Shown here piece by piece: positions 23,238-33,142 of a stretch of 64,000 bases of DNA. Location: the IMG/VR virus record IMGVR_UViG_3300000052_000006; one strand, written 5' to 3'. The translations under genes were made by a program, and so were the position numbers. How positions within the stretch are numbered: the stretch's first letter is position 1; each line of letters opens with the position of its first letter. The notes under the pieces are model-generated. The model was not told the origin of the DNA and made no database searches. It saw nothing but the letters and a program-made list of their open reading frames with translations. This DNA is from a virus.

Positions 23238-26108
23238 ATGCCCTCTCTGTTGATTGACGTCGAAGCGCGGTACGCGCAGTTCCGCGACACGATGGACCGT
23301 GTCGGCCGGGACGCTGAGCGCACCGGCAAGCGCATCACGTCGGCCTTCGGAGGCGTGAAGACGCTGCTTGCCGGGCTGGGTGTCGGGCTCAGCGTCGGCG
23401 CCCTTGCGGCGTCCATCAAGAGTGTCGCCAACGAAGCGGACCGCTTGTCCAAGACGGCGCAGCGAATCGGCATCGCCGTCGAGTCTCTGGCCGCCCTGGA
23501 GCACGTCGCCAGCCTGTCGGACCTCTCGGTCGGCAGCCTCAGTAACGGGGTGAAGAAGTTGTCCGAGGCGCTGGTCCAGGCGAAGGCCAATGCCGGCGAG
23601 GGGGCGAAGGCGTTCCGGGCGCTGGGGATCGATCCGCGGCCGATCGAGGCGGCCGACGATGCGCTCCTGGCCATCGCCGACCGGTTCGCGCAGATGCCGA
23701 ACGGCATCGAGAAAACGACGCTCGCGATGAAGCTGTTCGGGAAGGCCGGGCTCGACTGGATCCCGCTGCTGAACCAGGGCGCCGCGGGCATCAAGGCAAC
23801 GATGGAAGAGGCCAAGCGCCTCGGCCTCGTCCTGTCTGCGGATGTCGCCGCCTCGGCCGAGCGGTTCAACGACTCCATCACCCGCCTGACCAAGATCGGC
23901 GAGGGGATGAAGCGCCAGTTCATCGGCCCGCTGATTCCGCTGCTGGCCGACTTCGGTGAAGGGTTGTTCGCCAGCGCCACCGGCGCCAACGGCCTGCACA
24001 ACGAAATGCTTGCCATGACGCGCACAGGGCGCGACGTGGTCGATTTCGCCGAGAAGGTCGCCTATGGCCTCGCCTTCATGGGCGACGCGGCGGCCGGCGC
24101 GAAAGACGTCATCGCCGAAGCCGGCTCCCAGATCGCGGTGCTGGCGAAGAACATCGAGACGGCCGGCAAGGTCCTGGCGCTATCCGGCGGCATTCTGCCG
24201 AACCCGGTCAGCTTCGCGAAGAACTTCGACGAGATCCAGCGCGTCCTGAACGAAGACGCAGCCTTCACCGACGCCGCCAACGAGGCTCTGGCGGGTCGCC
24301 TCAACCGCAAGCAGTTCCGCGCGTCGGTCGGGGAGTTCTTCGACGAGCAGCGGCGCACGGTGCGGGTGCTCGGCCAGAAGTTCGTACTCGACACGCAGGC
24401 TCAGGCCGAACAGGTCCAGCGGGCCTACGACGAGTTCCTGTCTTCTGCAGAGGGGCGGAAGTTCCTGCGCAACCGTGGCGCTGCGCCGGACTTGGGCGAA
24501 GTCGCCGGCGCGCCCGGGGCGGGTGACCTCGCGAAGGCGGCGCTCGACGCGAACCTGAAGGCGCTGGAGCGCACCATTGCTGTGGAGCGCGAGCTGCTCG
24601 GCGATCGCAACCAGATGCTGGAGCGCTACAACAGCGCGAACCTGATCTCGTTCAAAGCCTACTACGACGCACGCGCCGCGGCGCAGGCCGAGGCGACCGA
24701 GAAGAGCCGCGCCGCCTACGACGATGAGATCGCGCTGCTGCAAAAGCGCCTTTCCACTGCGCCCGAAAAGGAGCGGCTCGCGCTGCAAGAGAAGATCGCC
24801 GAGGCCGTCGCCAAGCGCGCCAGGCTGGAGCAGGATGCCGCCAGCCAGGGCGTGCAAGCCTGGCTCAACGAGAAACGCGCAGCCGAGCAGTACAACGCCC
24901 AGATCATCGACATCACGGCCCGCCTCGCAGAACTGCGCGGCGATACCAGCAAGGCGGTGCTGCTGCGCTTCGACGTGCAGAACGCCGCGGTGCGCCAGCG
25001 CCTCGAGGTAGAGGCGAGCGACCCGGCCGGCGACGAGGCCTCTCGGGCTCGCGCCCGGGGGGCGCTGGAAGAACTCGACGCCATCCGTGCGCTCACCGAA
25101 GCGCACTCGCGCATGAACGAGCTGCGCGGCGAGGCCGAGGCGATTCAGGCTCGGCTGCGCACCACGGAGGAAAGTCTTTCTGTCGATCGTGAAGCGGGGA
25201 TCATCACCGAGCTTGCGATGATGGGACAACTCGGCGAGGCCCGCGCGGCCTCCGTTGCCGATCTCGCGCGAATCGCAGACGAGATGCGCGCCATCGCGGC
25301 CCTCTCCAACGACCCGAAGATGCTCGATCTCGCGAAGGCGTTCGGCGTCCAGGTCAAGCAGATCGAGGCGTCTGCGGACGTCCTCGGGCGGAAGTTCGAG
25401 TCGGTATTCGAAGGGGCCTTCACGGACAACTTCGCCGCCGTTCTCGATGGCACCAAGAAGCTATCGACCGCCTTCAACGACATGGCGAACGATATCCTGC
25501 GCGCCTTCAGCCGGATCATCGCGCAGAACATCGCGGAGAGGATCTTCGGCGGAGCGAGCGGCCTGGCTTCCGGGCTGACCGGACTCTTCTCGAGCGCCAA
25601 CGGCTCGGCCTACGCCGCGGGCGGGGCCATCACCCCGTTTGCTGCCGGTGGTGCCTTCTCGAACACGATCGTCCGCTCGCCGACCCTGTTCCGCTTCATG
25701 CGCGGCGGGCAGATGCAGCTCGGGGAAATGGGCGAGGCCGGGCCGGAGGCGATCATGCCGCTCAAGAGCGACGGCGCCGGACGCCTGGGCGTGCTGGTGG
25801 CCGGCAGCAGCAAGGTGCTGCCGCTCGCCCGCGACGGCAGCGGCCGGCTCGCCGTGCAGTTCACGCAGGCCGATGGCGGCGCGGCTGCGAAGAAGTTCGC
25901 GGCAGGAGGCGTGTTTGAGCGTGCCCGAGGGGTCTTCGCCGGGGCGGCCGAAAGCGTGACCCGGGTCTCTGCCGGACCGAGCGCGACCACCGGAACGCCC
26001 GGCAGCGGCGCCATGACGATCAGGCCGCTGATCACGCCGGAGATGGCAGACATCACGATGCGCGACTGGGTTGAAACCTGGCTCGCGCGCGAACTGGCGA
26101 CACGCTGA
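23238..26108 (+). CDS. Tail tape measure protein
   Basis: 956 aa, Ala/Leu-rich helical; C-terminal FAAGG...PTLF...MGEAGPEAIMPL motif. Confidence 0.92.
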   Translation: MPSLLIDVEARYAQFRDTMDRVGRDAERTGKRITSAFGGVKTLLAGLGVGLSVGALAASIKSVANEADRLSKTAQRIGIAVESLAALEHVASLSDLSVGSLSNGVKKLSEALVQAKANAGEGAKAFRALGIDPRPIEAADDALLAIADRFAQMPNGIEKTTLAMKLFGKAGLDWIPLLNQGAAGIKATMEEAKRLGLVLSADVAASAERFNDSITRLTKIGEGMKRQFIGPLIPLLADFGEGLFASATGANGLHNEMLAMTRTGRDVVDFAEKVAYGLAFMGDAAAGAKDVIAEAGSQIAVLAKNIETAGKVLALSGGILPNPVSFAKNFDEIQRVLNEDAAFTDAANEALAGRLNRKQFRASVGEFFDEQRRTVRVLGQKFVLDTQAQAEQVQRAYDEFLSSAEGRKFLRNRGAAPDLGEVAGAPGAGDLAKAALDANLKALERTIAVERELLGDRNQMLERYNSANLISFKAYYDARAAAQAEATEKSRAAYDDEIALLQKRLSTAPEKERLALQEKIAEAVAKRARLEQDAASQGVQAWLNEKRAAEQYNAQIIDITARLAELRGDTSKAVLLRFDVQNAAVRQRLEVEASDPAGDEASRARARGALEELDAIRALTEAHSRMNELRGEAEAIQARLRTTEESLSVDREAGIITELAMMGQLGEARAASVADLARIADEMRAIAALSNDPKMLDLAKAFGVQVKQIEASADVLGRKFESVFEGAFTDNFAAVLDGTKKLSTAFNDMANDILRAFSRIIAQNIAERIFGGASGLASGLTGLFSSANGSAYAAGGAITPFAAGGAFSNTIVRSPTLFRFMRGGQMQLGEMGEAGPEAIMPLKSDGAGRLGVLVAGSSKVLPLARDGSGRLAVQFTQADGGAAAKKFAAGGVFERARGVFAGAAESVTRVSAGPSATTGTPGSGAMTIRPLITPEMADITMRDWVETWLARELATR

Positions 26109-26323
26109 TGACGATCTCGCTTCTCTCCTCTCCTGTCCGCGAAGATGCGCCCGTCCTGGTGCTGTTCTCCGGTCCTGCGGATCGCGTCGTGGCGTGGTCG
26201 CTCAGCGGCCCCGGCACGCTCACGCCGCTCGCCTCGGCCACTGACCGCAACGGCCAGGCCGCTGCGCGCTACACACCGGCCGGCGTCGGTACCGCGACGA
26301 TCAGCGTGGAATACGGGGCATGA
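26108..26323 (+). CDS. Stand-alone Ig-like (Big_1-like) tail protein
   Basis: VAWSLSGPGTL...TDRNGQA..RY; paralogous to the C-terminus of 26327-27277. Confidence 0.6.
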   Translation: MTISLLSSPVREDAPVLVLFSGPADRVVAWSLSGPGTLTPLASATDRNGQAAARYTPAGVGTATISVEYGA

Positions 26324-26326
26324 CCG

Positions 26327-27277
26327 ATGGCACTTGAACTGCTCGCCGGGCCATTCACGGTTACGAACGGGCTGACCGGCGCTGCCGTCGGCGACAGCAT
26401 TTCCGGTTTCCCCACATGGATCGATGGGCGCGGCCTCGTGCTGCCGATCACCAATGAGGGCGTTCATGTCGTGCAGCTGGATGGCGCGGCTTATCCGGTG
26501 ATCGACGATCGCTCGCTCGCCTACGGACTCGCCTTGCAGGGCGCCGGATCAAATCCGCGCGCGGGCGTGCGGTGGCACGGACTCTCCGACAGCCTCGGCG
26601 CCTACGGCGAGTGGGACATCGACCCGGTCACGCTGTACAAGACCTTGCAGGTCGGTAGCAGCTACATCGTCCTCGGCAGAAACTATGCGCGCCTGCATGA
26701 CCGCTACATCTATCCGATTGGCGGACGTATCGACTGGCGGCCGCTGGACCTTTCGGCCGCCGGGTCCGTGGAAACTTCGCTGGCCGGTCTCGCGAACGCC
26801 GTGTCCCTGTCGTGGGGCACCCTACGCGACGAGATCGTCGTCGGCACCTCGGACGGCCGCGCCGTGCGTTACGACTGGGTCGCGAAGGCATTCCGCGGTT
26901 CGGTCAACACGATCGGCATGAGCTGCAAGGGCATCTGGTGGAGCGCACGGCACGGCGTCTACCTCTCCCTGCACGACGCCGGCTCGACGCTCGAACTGCG
27001 GGTGTGGGCCGCCACGGTCCAGCCTGCCAGCGTGAGCGCCCCAGCGCCTGACGCCACGATCACCGCCGGGCGGCGCACCCGAATTACGGCGCGCGTGCTC
27101 GGCGCGAACGCGGACCCGTGCGAAGGGGAGGTCGTCGCCTGGTCGCTGACCGGTGTCGGGTCGCTCACGCAGGCGGCGAGCTACACGGATGCCGACGGCT
27201 ACGCCGTGACCTACTACGAGGCCCCGCTCGACGGCGCCAGTGCCGCGATCGAGATCACCGCGGAGGTCGCCATCTGA
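26327..27277 (+). CDS. Tail-tip protein, beta-rich with C-terminal Big_1-like domain
   Basis: C-terminal G.P.EGEVVAWSLTG.GSL...YTDADGYA..YY. Confidence 0.65.
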   Translation: MALELLAGPFTVTNGLTGAAVGDSISGFPTWIDGRGLVLPITNEGVHVVQLDGAAYPVIDDRSLAYGLALQGAGSNPRAGVRWHGLSDSLGAYGEWDIDPVTLYKTLQVGSSYIVLGRNYARLHDRYIYPIGGRIDWRPLDLSAAGSVETSLAGLANAVSLSWGTLRDEIVVGTSDGRAVRYDWVAKAFRGSVNTIGMSCKGIWWSARHGVYLSLHDAGSTLELRVWAATVQPASVSAPAPDATITAGRRTRITARVLGANADPCEGEVVAWSLTGVGSLTQAASYTDADGYAVTYYEAPLDGASAAIEITAEVAI

Positions 27278-28356
27278 TGCTGTGCCAGACCTACGAAGCG
27301 GATCTGATCCAGCATCGCACCGTAGCGGACTACGCCGCCGAGAACCCGACAAGGATCATCCCGAGCGCCAGCTACAACGAGAGCATCCTCGGCGAAGACG
27401 GCTTCGAGTGCATCGACCGCATCGACGGGCTCTACTTCTCGGCCGACGTCGGCGGGCTGGCCGACTCCGGCGGCATCGTCGTTACTGGCTGGACGCGGCA
27501 GCGCTGGTGGCCGGGGTGGAATCGCTACCGCTGGGAATTCGATGCCGAAACGGGGGCTTTCCTGCGCCGCGGCGAAGCGCCCGGTGGCTACTACGCGCAG
27601 GACATCTACCAGGGCGCAGGCGGCGAACTGTGGCTCTTGCTTGTCACAGGCCCGCTGCAACTGCTCGGGCCGGATTACCAGCCCAGCGGCACCCAGCTGC
27701 TGCCCGCAACGTACGGCGCAATCATGTTCAGGGCCGTGCTCGTGGATCGCATGCGCAACCGCATCGTGATGACGCGCGATACGAACATCACGATCGAGGT
27801 CCGCGCCCTCGACACCGGCACGCTGCTGCACTCGATCATCGCCCCGACCCGCCCGCGCGACATCTGCCACGAGGAAGGCTCGCGCTGCTACGTCCTCACC
27901 GACACGCGCGATGTCCTGCTGCTCGACTACATGACCGGCCGCTGGATGGGGGCGGTGAAGCTCACCGGCATCAGCGGCAGCAATGCACGCATCGGATGGG
28001 ACAAACGGTACCGCAGGCTCGCCGCGATCGAGCAGCCGGCTCCTCCGATCGGATTCGGCAACCAGGTCGGCGCGGTCGGCTTCTCGATGCGCCCCGTCGC
28101 GACGCACCTCTGCACCCCGATCCCGCTGAAGCGCCTACGAGCGGGGGAGTCCGTGCCGGTGCTGGTGAAGGCGATCGGCGACATGGGCGAGGGCATCCCG
28201 TCCGCCGTCTCGGTCAGCGTCGATGGTCCCGCGCTGTCCGCGCCGCGCAACGTGGTTGCCCTGGATGGCGCAGGGGAGGGCATCGCGATCGTCGATGCAC
28301 TCGCCGCGGGCTCGGACACCCTCTCACTCTCGATGGACGTGCCATGCCAACCCTGA
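27277..28356 (+). CDS. Tail-tip protein, beta-propeller-like with C-terminal Ig-like domain
   Basis: Repeating beta-strand/aromatic pattern; C-terminal GDMGEGIP...LDGAGEG. Confidence 0.6.
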   Translation: MLCQTYEADLIQHRTVADYAAENPTRIIPSASYNESILGEDGFECIDRIDGLYFSADVGGLADSGGIVVTGWTRQRWWPGWNRYRWEFDAETGAFLRRGEAPGGYYAQDIYQGAGGELWLLLVTGPLQLLGPDYQPSGTQLLPATYGAIMFRAVLVDRMRNRIVMTRDTNITIEVRALDTGTLLHSIIAPTRPRDICHEEGSRCYVLTDTRDVLLLDYMTGRWMGAVKLTGISGSNARIGWDKRYRRLAAIEQPAPPIGFGNQVGAVGFSMRPVATHLCTPIPLKRLRAGESVPVLVKAIGDMGEGIPSAVSVSVDGPALSAPRNVVALDGAGEGIAIVDALAAGSDTLSLSMDVPCQP

Positions 28357-28871
28357 CCGCATCCTCTCCATTCACGATCGGTTCCGGATCGTCGGAAGTC
28401 GAGTCCGAAACGATCACGATCCTGCCCGCGGTCACCTCCGGCCAGGGCCGCGGGCGTCTCATCCACCCGACGTTCGGCGCCTACGATTACTCGCACATGC
28501 CCGACCGGTGGACGAATATCGACGGCGACCTGATCGTCGCGCCCATCTGGTCGTCTGCGAAGACGTTGCTCGGCGCCGCCAACACGCTGATGACGGGCCA
28601 CATCCGCGACGTCACCGTGACCGAACGATGGACCTTCGCGGTGCCGATCGCGCACCTGCGCGCGCTGCTCATGTACTGGCAGAACCCGCCTGACCCGGAC
28701 AACGGCTTTGTCGAGTGGTGGCCGAGCTACACCAGCGCCGAGGGCTTCAAGGTCGCAATGGTCGATCTCACCGTGGGCGGCGAAGCGGTGACACTGAACT
28801 GGGTGTCGTTGCGCCACTCGATGGTGATCGACGACGTCGCGCTGCGCATGCGCATCATCGATCGGGTGTAG
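28344..28871 (+). CDS. Distal tail (Dit)-like protein
   Basis: 175 aa with size and position typical of Dit, before the hub. Confidence 0.5.
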   Translation: MPTLTASSPFTIGSGSSEVESETITILPAVTSGQGRGRLIHPTFGAYDYSHMPDRWTNIDGDLIVAPIWSSAKTLLGAANTLMTGHIRDVTVTERWTFAVPIAHLRALLMYWQNPPDPDNGFVEWWPSYTSAEGFKVAMVDLTVGGEAVTLNWVSLRHSMVIDDVALRMRIIDRV

Positions 28872-28873
28872 CG

Positions 28874-30325
28874 GTGCGCACCGACTGCAATCAAACCGCT
28901 CGCGACAGCCTGCGGACGGGCACCGTCACGCTCTATCAGGACGCCACGCTGGCCGAACTCCTGTCCGGCGCAGCGACGGGCGGGATCGACCTGTCGCCGT
29001 TCATTACCGGGGGCAGCCAGTCAGACCAAGAGGTGTCGCTGCGGCTCATGTGGCACAGCGAACTGTATGGCGCCAGCCAGCCGGCCCCCGGCCATCTCCT
29101 GCGGGTGGAGATGAACGGGCTGACGCTGTGGGTCGGGATTGTCGAGGGGATCAGCAACTACCGCCTCGCCTCCGGCGAGCGGACGATGACGCTCACCGCA
29201 CGCAGCCGCGACGCCTTCCCGAACTGGCGCAGCGTCCGGCGCGTGACCGACATCTACCCGATGGCGACGCGCATCGAGATGATCGCCCGCGACGTCGCCG
29301 CCGCTGTAGGCCTCACCGACGTCGAGATCGCGCTGCCACCGATCCTCTACGCCGTCCCCCACAGCAACGTCCAGCTCGCCGACCTGCCGGCCTGGGACAT
29401 GCTCGAATCGCTCCTGCTGCCCGCCGGCCTGTCGCCGTTCATCGACGGGCTCGGCCGCCTGCGCGCCCGCAGCCGCGATGTCACCCGCGCCGCGGACATC
29501 ACGATCACCGAGGACCGCATCATCGCCGTCACAGGGGGGCGCGCCCGGCCGCCGCTCAGCAGCGTGCAGGTGAAGTGGCTCGACCCGCTGCTGACCGAGG
29601 TTGCCCAGCAGGACCAGGCGCTCGCGGGCGCGAACATCACTGCGGGCTTCTTCCAGATCCGTCAGACGCAGGACGTCTATTGGTCCGACGACCGCACCCA
29701 GCGCGCGAAGAACACCCGGCTGGTTGTGAAACAGTCCGCCAACAGCGGAATCCTGCCGGTGTGCGACGAGGACTATCGCGAGACCGCGCATACGGGCGGG
29801 GTGATCGAACTGGAAACGGCAGCTTGGGTGCCTGGGCTGGTGGGGGTCTTCATGGCGGTGAAGGCGGCGGGCGCCTTGCCCGACATTGCGCCATCCAGCG
29901 GCGGCCCGACGTCGCCGATCGGCAAGAAGGTGCACGCTGCCCTCGAACTCTCGGTCTTGCTCACCATCGCGAGCATCGGCACAGGGGTCTATGAAGTGTG
30001 GGGCACCCCCTACGACTTCGTGCACGCCCGCCACACGACCGAGGCCTACGACGCCGCTGCGCCGGAGTGGATGGAAGCATCCGAGGTGGTTGAGACCGAT
30101 CTTGTGCAGGACGATGCCCACGCACAGGCGATCGCCGCACGCGAGCTGATCTACCGCGCCCGCGCCGCCCAGTCCTACGGCATGACCATTGTCGATGATC
30201 CGCGCATCGAGCCCGGCGACATCATCGGCCTGCCGGACGGCACGCGGCTCTATGTCACCGGCTACCGGCGCAACCTCACACATGGCGCGCCGGCCGTCCT
30301 CGAACTGGATGGCTTCGCCGCATGA
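28874..30325 (+). CDS. Tail tip / baseplate hub-like protein
   Basis: Hub-like C-terminus DDPRIEPGDII...YV; FIDGLG.LR. Confidence 0.65.
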   Translation: MRTDCNQTARDSLRTGTVTLYQDATLAELLSGAATGGIDLSPFITGGSQSDQEVSLRLMWHSELYGASQPAPGHLLRVEMNGLTLWVGIVEGISNYRLASGERTMTLTARSRDAFPNWRSVRRVTDIYPMATRIEMIARDVAAAVGLTDVEIALPPILYAVPHSNVQLADLPAWDMLESLLLPAGLSPFIDGLGRLRARSRDVTRAADITITEDRIIAVTGGRARPPLSSVQVKWLDPLLTEVAQQDQALAGANITAGFFQIRQTQDVYWSDDRTQRAKNTRLVVKQSANSGILPVCDEDYRETAHTGGVIELETAAWVPGLVGVFMAVKAAGALPDIAPSSGGPTSPIGKKVHAALELSVLLTIASIGTGVYEVWGTPYDFVHARHTTEAYDAAAPEWMEASEVVETDLVQDDAHAQAIAARELIYRARAAQSYGMTIVDDPRIEPGDIIGLPDGTRLYVTGYRRNLTHGAPAVLELDGFAA

Positions 30326-30786
30326 GCCTGCTCACCAACATCACTCAGGCGCAGATCGACGCCAGCAAGACCGAGCTCGACGGCAAGGTGCTGACGCGCC
30401 CGGCGCTGCTCGTCACCGACGGCATTGCGCTGGTGTACGCGGTCGACGTCGACATCGGCGCCAAGGGCGAGATGCTCAAGAACGTCCCGCTCGCCCGGGC
30501 GAATCACGACCTGCTCTACGCCGAACCGGGCAACGCCTGCCGCCTGCGCCGCAGCGCCGACGGCAAGTTCGAAGTCGTCGGCTTCTCGAAGGAACTCCCG
30601 GGCCGCTATGACCGCTTCGCGGTCGATCTGGGCACCTTCGCGATCGGCCCCACCGTGGCCTTCGGGCTGGACGCCCGCCCCCTGACCTATGCCGAACTCG
30701 CCACGCTGCCCGGCGGGTATGGAACCGCACCCTACGGCGCTACTGGGATCTTCCAGGGTGGCGTCTTGATCGAGGTGAAAACCTGA
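30322..30786 (+). CDS. Tail structural protein
   Basis: Coupled ORF in the tail-tip operon. Confidence 0.6.
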   Translation: MSLLTNITQAQIDASKTELDGKVLTRPALLVTDGIALVYAVDVDIGAKGEMLKNVPLARANHDLLYAEPGNACRLRRSADGKFEVVGFSKELPGRYDRFAVDLGTFAIGPTVAFGLDARPLTYAELATLPGGYGTAPYGATGIFQGGVLIEVKT

Positions 30787-31673
30787 TGGCTCTCGCGCTC
30801 CAACGCTTCACCAACGGCGACATCAACTACGTCGCCAAGCACAACGCCAACGCCGACGCTCTCGAGGCCGAGGCCGCCGGCGTGCGCCAGTCGCTCTCGT
30901 CCGGCCTCGGCGCCGCCGTGTCGCTCGGCGCCGCGTTCCCCGCCCTATTCGGCGCTTCGCCGGCCGTCATCGGTGCCACCAGCTACAAATGCACCGGCAG
31001 CGGCTCGACGCTGACCGTGCAGGCCGGCTACGCGTGGCTGTCGGCGGCCGGGATGGTCGTGTCGCGGTCGTCTTCCGCGACGCTGTCGTTCTCCGGCCTC
31101 GCCGCTGCCACCTACTACGTGAGCGCCGATGCGACTGGCACGCCGGTCCGTAACACCGGCGCGACCGACGCCCTCTACAGCGTCGTCTGGACAGGCAGCG
31201 CCTTCGGCACGATCACGCGCCTGGCGCAGATCGTGTGGGGCGCGGCAGACCAGATCGCCGCGCAGGCGAGTGCGGCACTGGGGCAGAGCTTCGAAAGCCT
31301 GGATGCCCGCCTGGAGGCCGGCGAGGCCGCCGCCAGCGCGGGGGCGAAGCCATACATCCCGGCGATCGCCACCGTCTCCTACAGCGCATCGATCACCGCC
31401 AGCTTCGCCGCGGCTGACGTTGTGCGCGTGACGCTCGCGGGTGATCCGACGATCACGCTCGCCGGGGCCGCGGACGGGCAGAAGTGCGTGCTCGAACTGA
31501 AGCAGGACGCGACCGGAGGTCGGACGGTGACCTGGAGCGCGAACGTGCGCTTCGGCACCGATCTTCCGAGCATCACGCTTTCGACGGCCGGCGGGGCGCT
31601 CGACCGCATTGGCCTGATCTACAACGCGGCCGCGGGGAAGTATGACGTCGTGGCCCTGCAGAGGGGGTTCTGA
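30786..31673 (+). CDS. Tail fibre-like protein
   Basis: Ala/Gly/Ser/Thr-rich; C-terminal LKQDATGGRTVTW beta module. Confidence 0.65.
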   Translation: MALALQRFTNGDINYVAKHNANADALEAEAAGVRQSLSSGLGAAVSLGAAFPALFGASPAVIGATSYKCTGSGSTLTVQAGYAWLSAAGMVVSRSSSATLSFSGLAAATYYVSADATGTPVRNTGATDALYSVVWTGSAFGTITRLAQIVWGAADQIAAQASAALGQSFESLDARLEAGEAAASAGAKPYIPAIATVSYSASITASFAAADVVRVTLAGDPTITLAGAADGQKCVLELKQDATGGRTVTWSANVRFGTDLPSITLSTAGGALDRIGLIYNAAAGKYDVVALQRGF

Positions 31674-31675
31674 TC

Positions 31676-33142
31676 ATGGCACTGCTTTTCATGGATGGGT
31701 TCGATCATTATCTCGCGCCGCACTTCACGCAGAAGTGGGACGTTGCAGAGGAGGGCGGCGCCAGCGCCATCCTTGATATCAGCCAAAGCGGTGGCCGTAG
31801 GGGAGGCGGCGCATTCCGGTGCAGCGCGTCGAGTGGTAGTAGCGCGCACGCCAGAATCACGAAAGCCGTCCAGAACTCGAGCTCACTTGTCGTCGGGTTT
31901 GCCTTCAGCATCGACGTTGCGCCGTCCGCCACGACCTACCTGCTGTCATTCCTTGACGGTACTTCCTTCCAGGGGGGATTAAGACTGACATCCAGCCTCA
32001 CCCTTCAGCTGTGGGGTAACGGCGTTGCCTTGACTGGCGGCACTTCGACCGAAACTATCCCGCAAAACACGTGGGTCTATATCGAAGTGAAAATGACGTT
32101 CGCCTCATCCGTGAGTGAGGGGGCGTGCGTCGCCATGCTAAACGGCGTCCAGGTTATCAATGCCACGGGCGGGAACACGGCGCCCTCCGGCAACGCCTAC
32201 GCCAACCGGGTGAGGATTGGTGCCAACGGCGGCGTCTACAACCACATCAACTGGTATGACGACCTGTATGTGTGCGATCTGCTCGGGGATGTGAATAACG
32301 ATTTCCTCGGAGACGTCAGGATCGAGAGGCTGCGTCCTCAGGCTGTCGGTACCTATGACTCTTTTTCTCGGTCCCCGACGGTGGCTGAAGCAACGGCCGC
32401 ATACCCATACTGGCGAGTTCACATCCGGTCTTGGAACAACTCGACTACCCGTCGTATCGCTGAAATCCAGATGCGTGCGACGGTTGGCGGCGCCAACCAG
32501 TGTACCGGGGGGACTGCATCGTCCAGTTCTGGCACTGCCGCATACGCCTTCGACAACAACGCAGACACCATATGTGAATTCTCGTCCAGCGATCAGTGGA
32601 TCCAGTATGCCTTCCCGTCCCCTGTCTCCGTTGCGGAGTTGGCGATGCAGGCGAGCAGTTCCAGCTCTGACTACGGCCCCAGCTACTTCAACCTGGAGGC
32701 GTCCAACGACGGCGTGACCTTCGAGACAATTGCTGTGTTCCGAGCCGTGGGGTCGTGGATCTCTGGCGCATGGCGCACGTTTGGGGTCGTGACGGAGGTG
32801 GGCATACTCAAGCCTCAATATCCCAAGTCGGGCACCCATTTCACCGGCCTTGCAGCGGAGGACAAGCAGAGTTTCACCGTCGAGGGGGTATCGGAACTGC
32901 CCTCTACCGACCTGATCGTGGCTGTGCAGGTCAATAACTACGCGATGAAGTCGCAGGCGGGCGGTGCAGCGGTGGCGAATTTGGTCCGCTCCGGGTTGCA
33001 GGAGGAGAAGGGGCCAACGCAGGCACTGATCGCCACGCCGAGATATGTGCGATCAATTCACGAACTCAACCCGGCGACCGGTCAGCCTTGGCTGCTCTCC
33101 GAAGTGCTGAACATGGAGGTCGGGCTTGAGGTTGTGTCGTGA
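31676..33142 (+). CDS. Putative receptor-binding protein (lectin-like with an inserted discoidin-like domain)
   Basis: MALLFMDGFDHY N-terminus, DDLYVCD..G..NNDFLGDV, insert YPYWR...AFD...WIQY.F...LEASNDG. Confidence 0.6.
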   Translation: MALLFMDGFDHYLAPHFTQKWDVAEEGGASAILDISQSGGRRGGGAFRCSASSGSSAHARITKAVQNSSSLVVGFAFSIDVAPSATTYLLSFLDGTSFQGGLRLTSSLTLQLWGNGVALTGGTSTETIPQNTWVYIEVKMTFASSVSEGACVAMLNGVQVINATGGNTAPSGNAYANRVRIGANGGVYNHINWYDDLYVCDLLGDVNNDFLGDVRIERLRPQAVGTYDSFSRSPTVAEATAAYPYWRVHIRSWNNSTTRRIAEIQMRATVGGANQCTGGTASSSSGTAAYAFDNNADTICEFSSSDQWIQYAFPSPVSVAELAMQASSSSSDYGPSYFNLEASNDGVTFETIAVFRAVGSWISGAWRTFGVVTEVGILKPQYPKSGTHFTGLAAEDKQSFTVEGVSELPSTDLIVAVQVNNYAMKSQAGGAAVANLVRSGLQEEKGPTQALIATPRYVRSIHELNPATGQPWLLSEVLNMEVGLEVVS

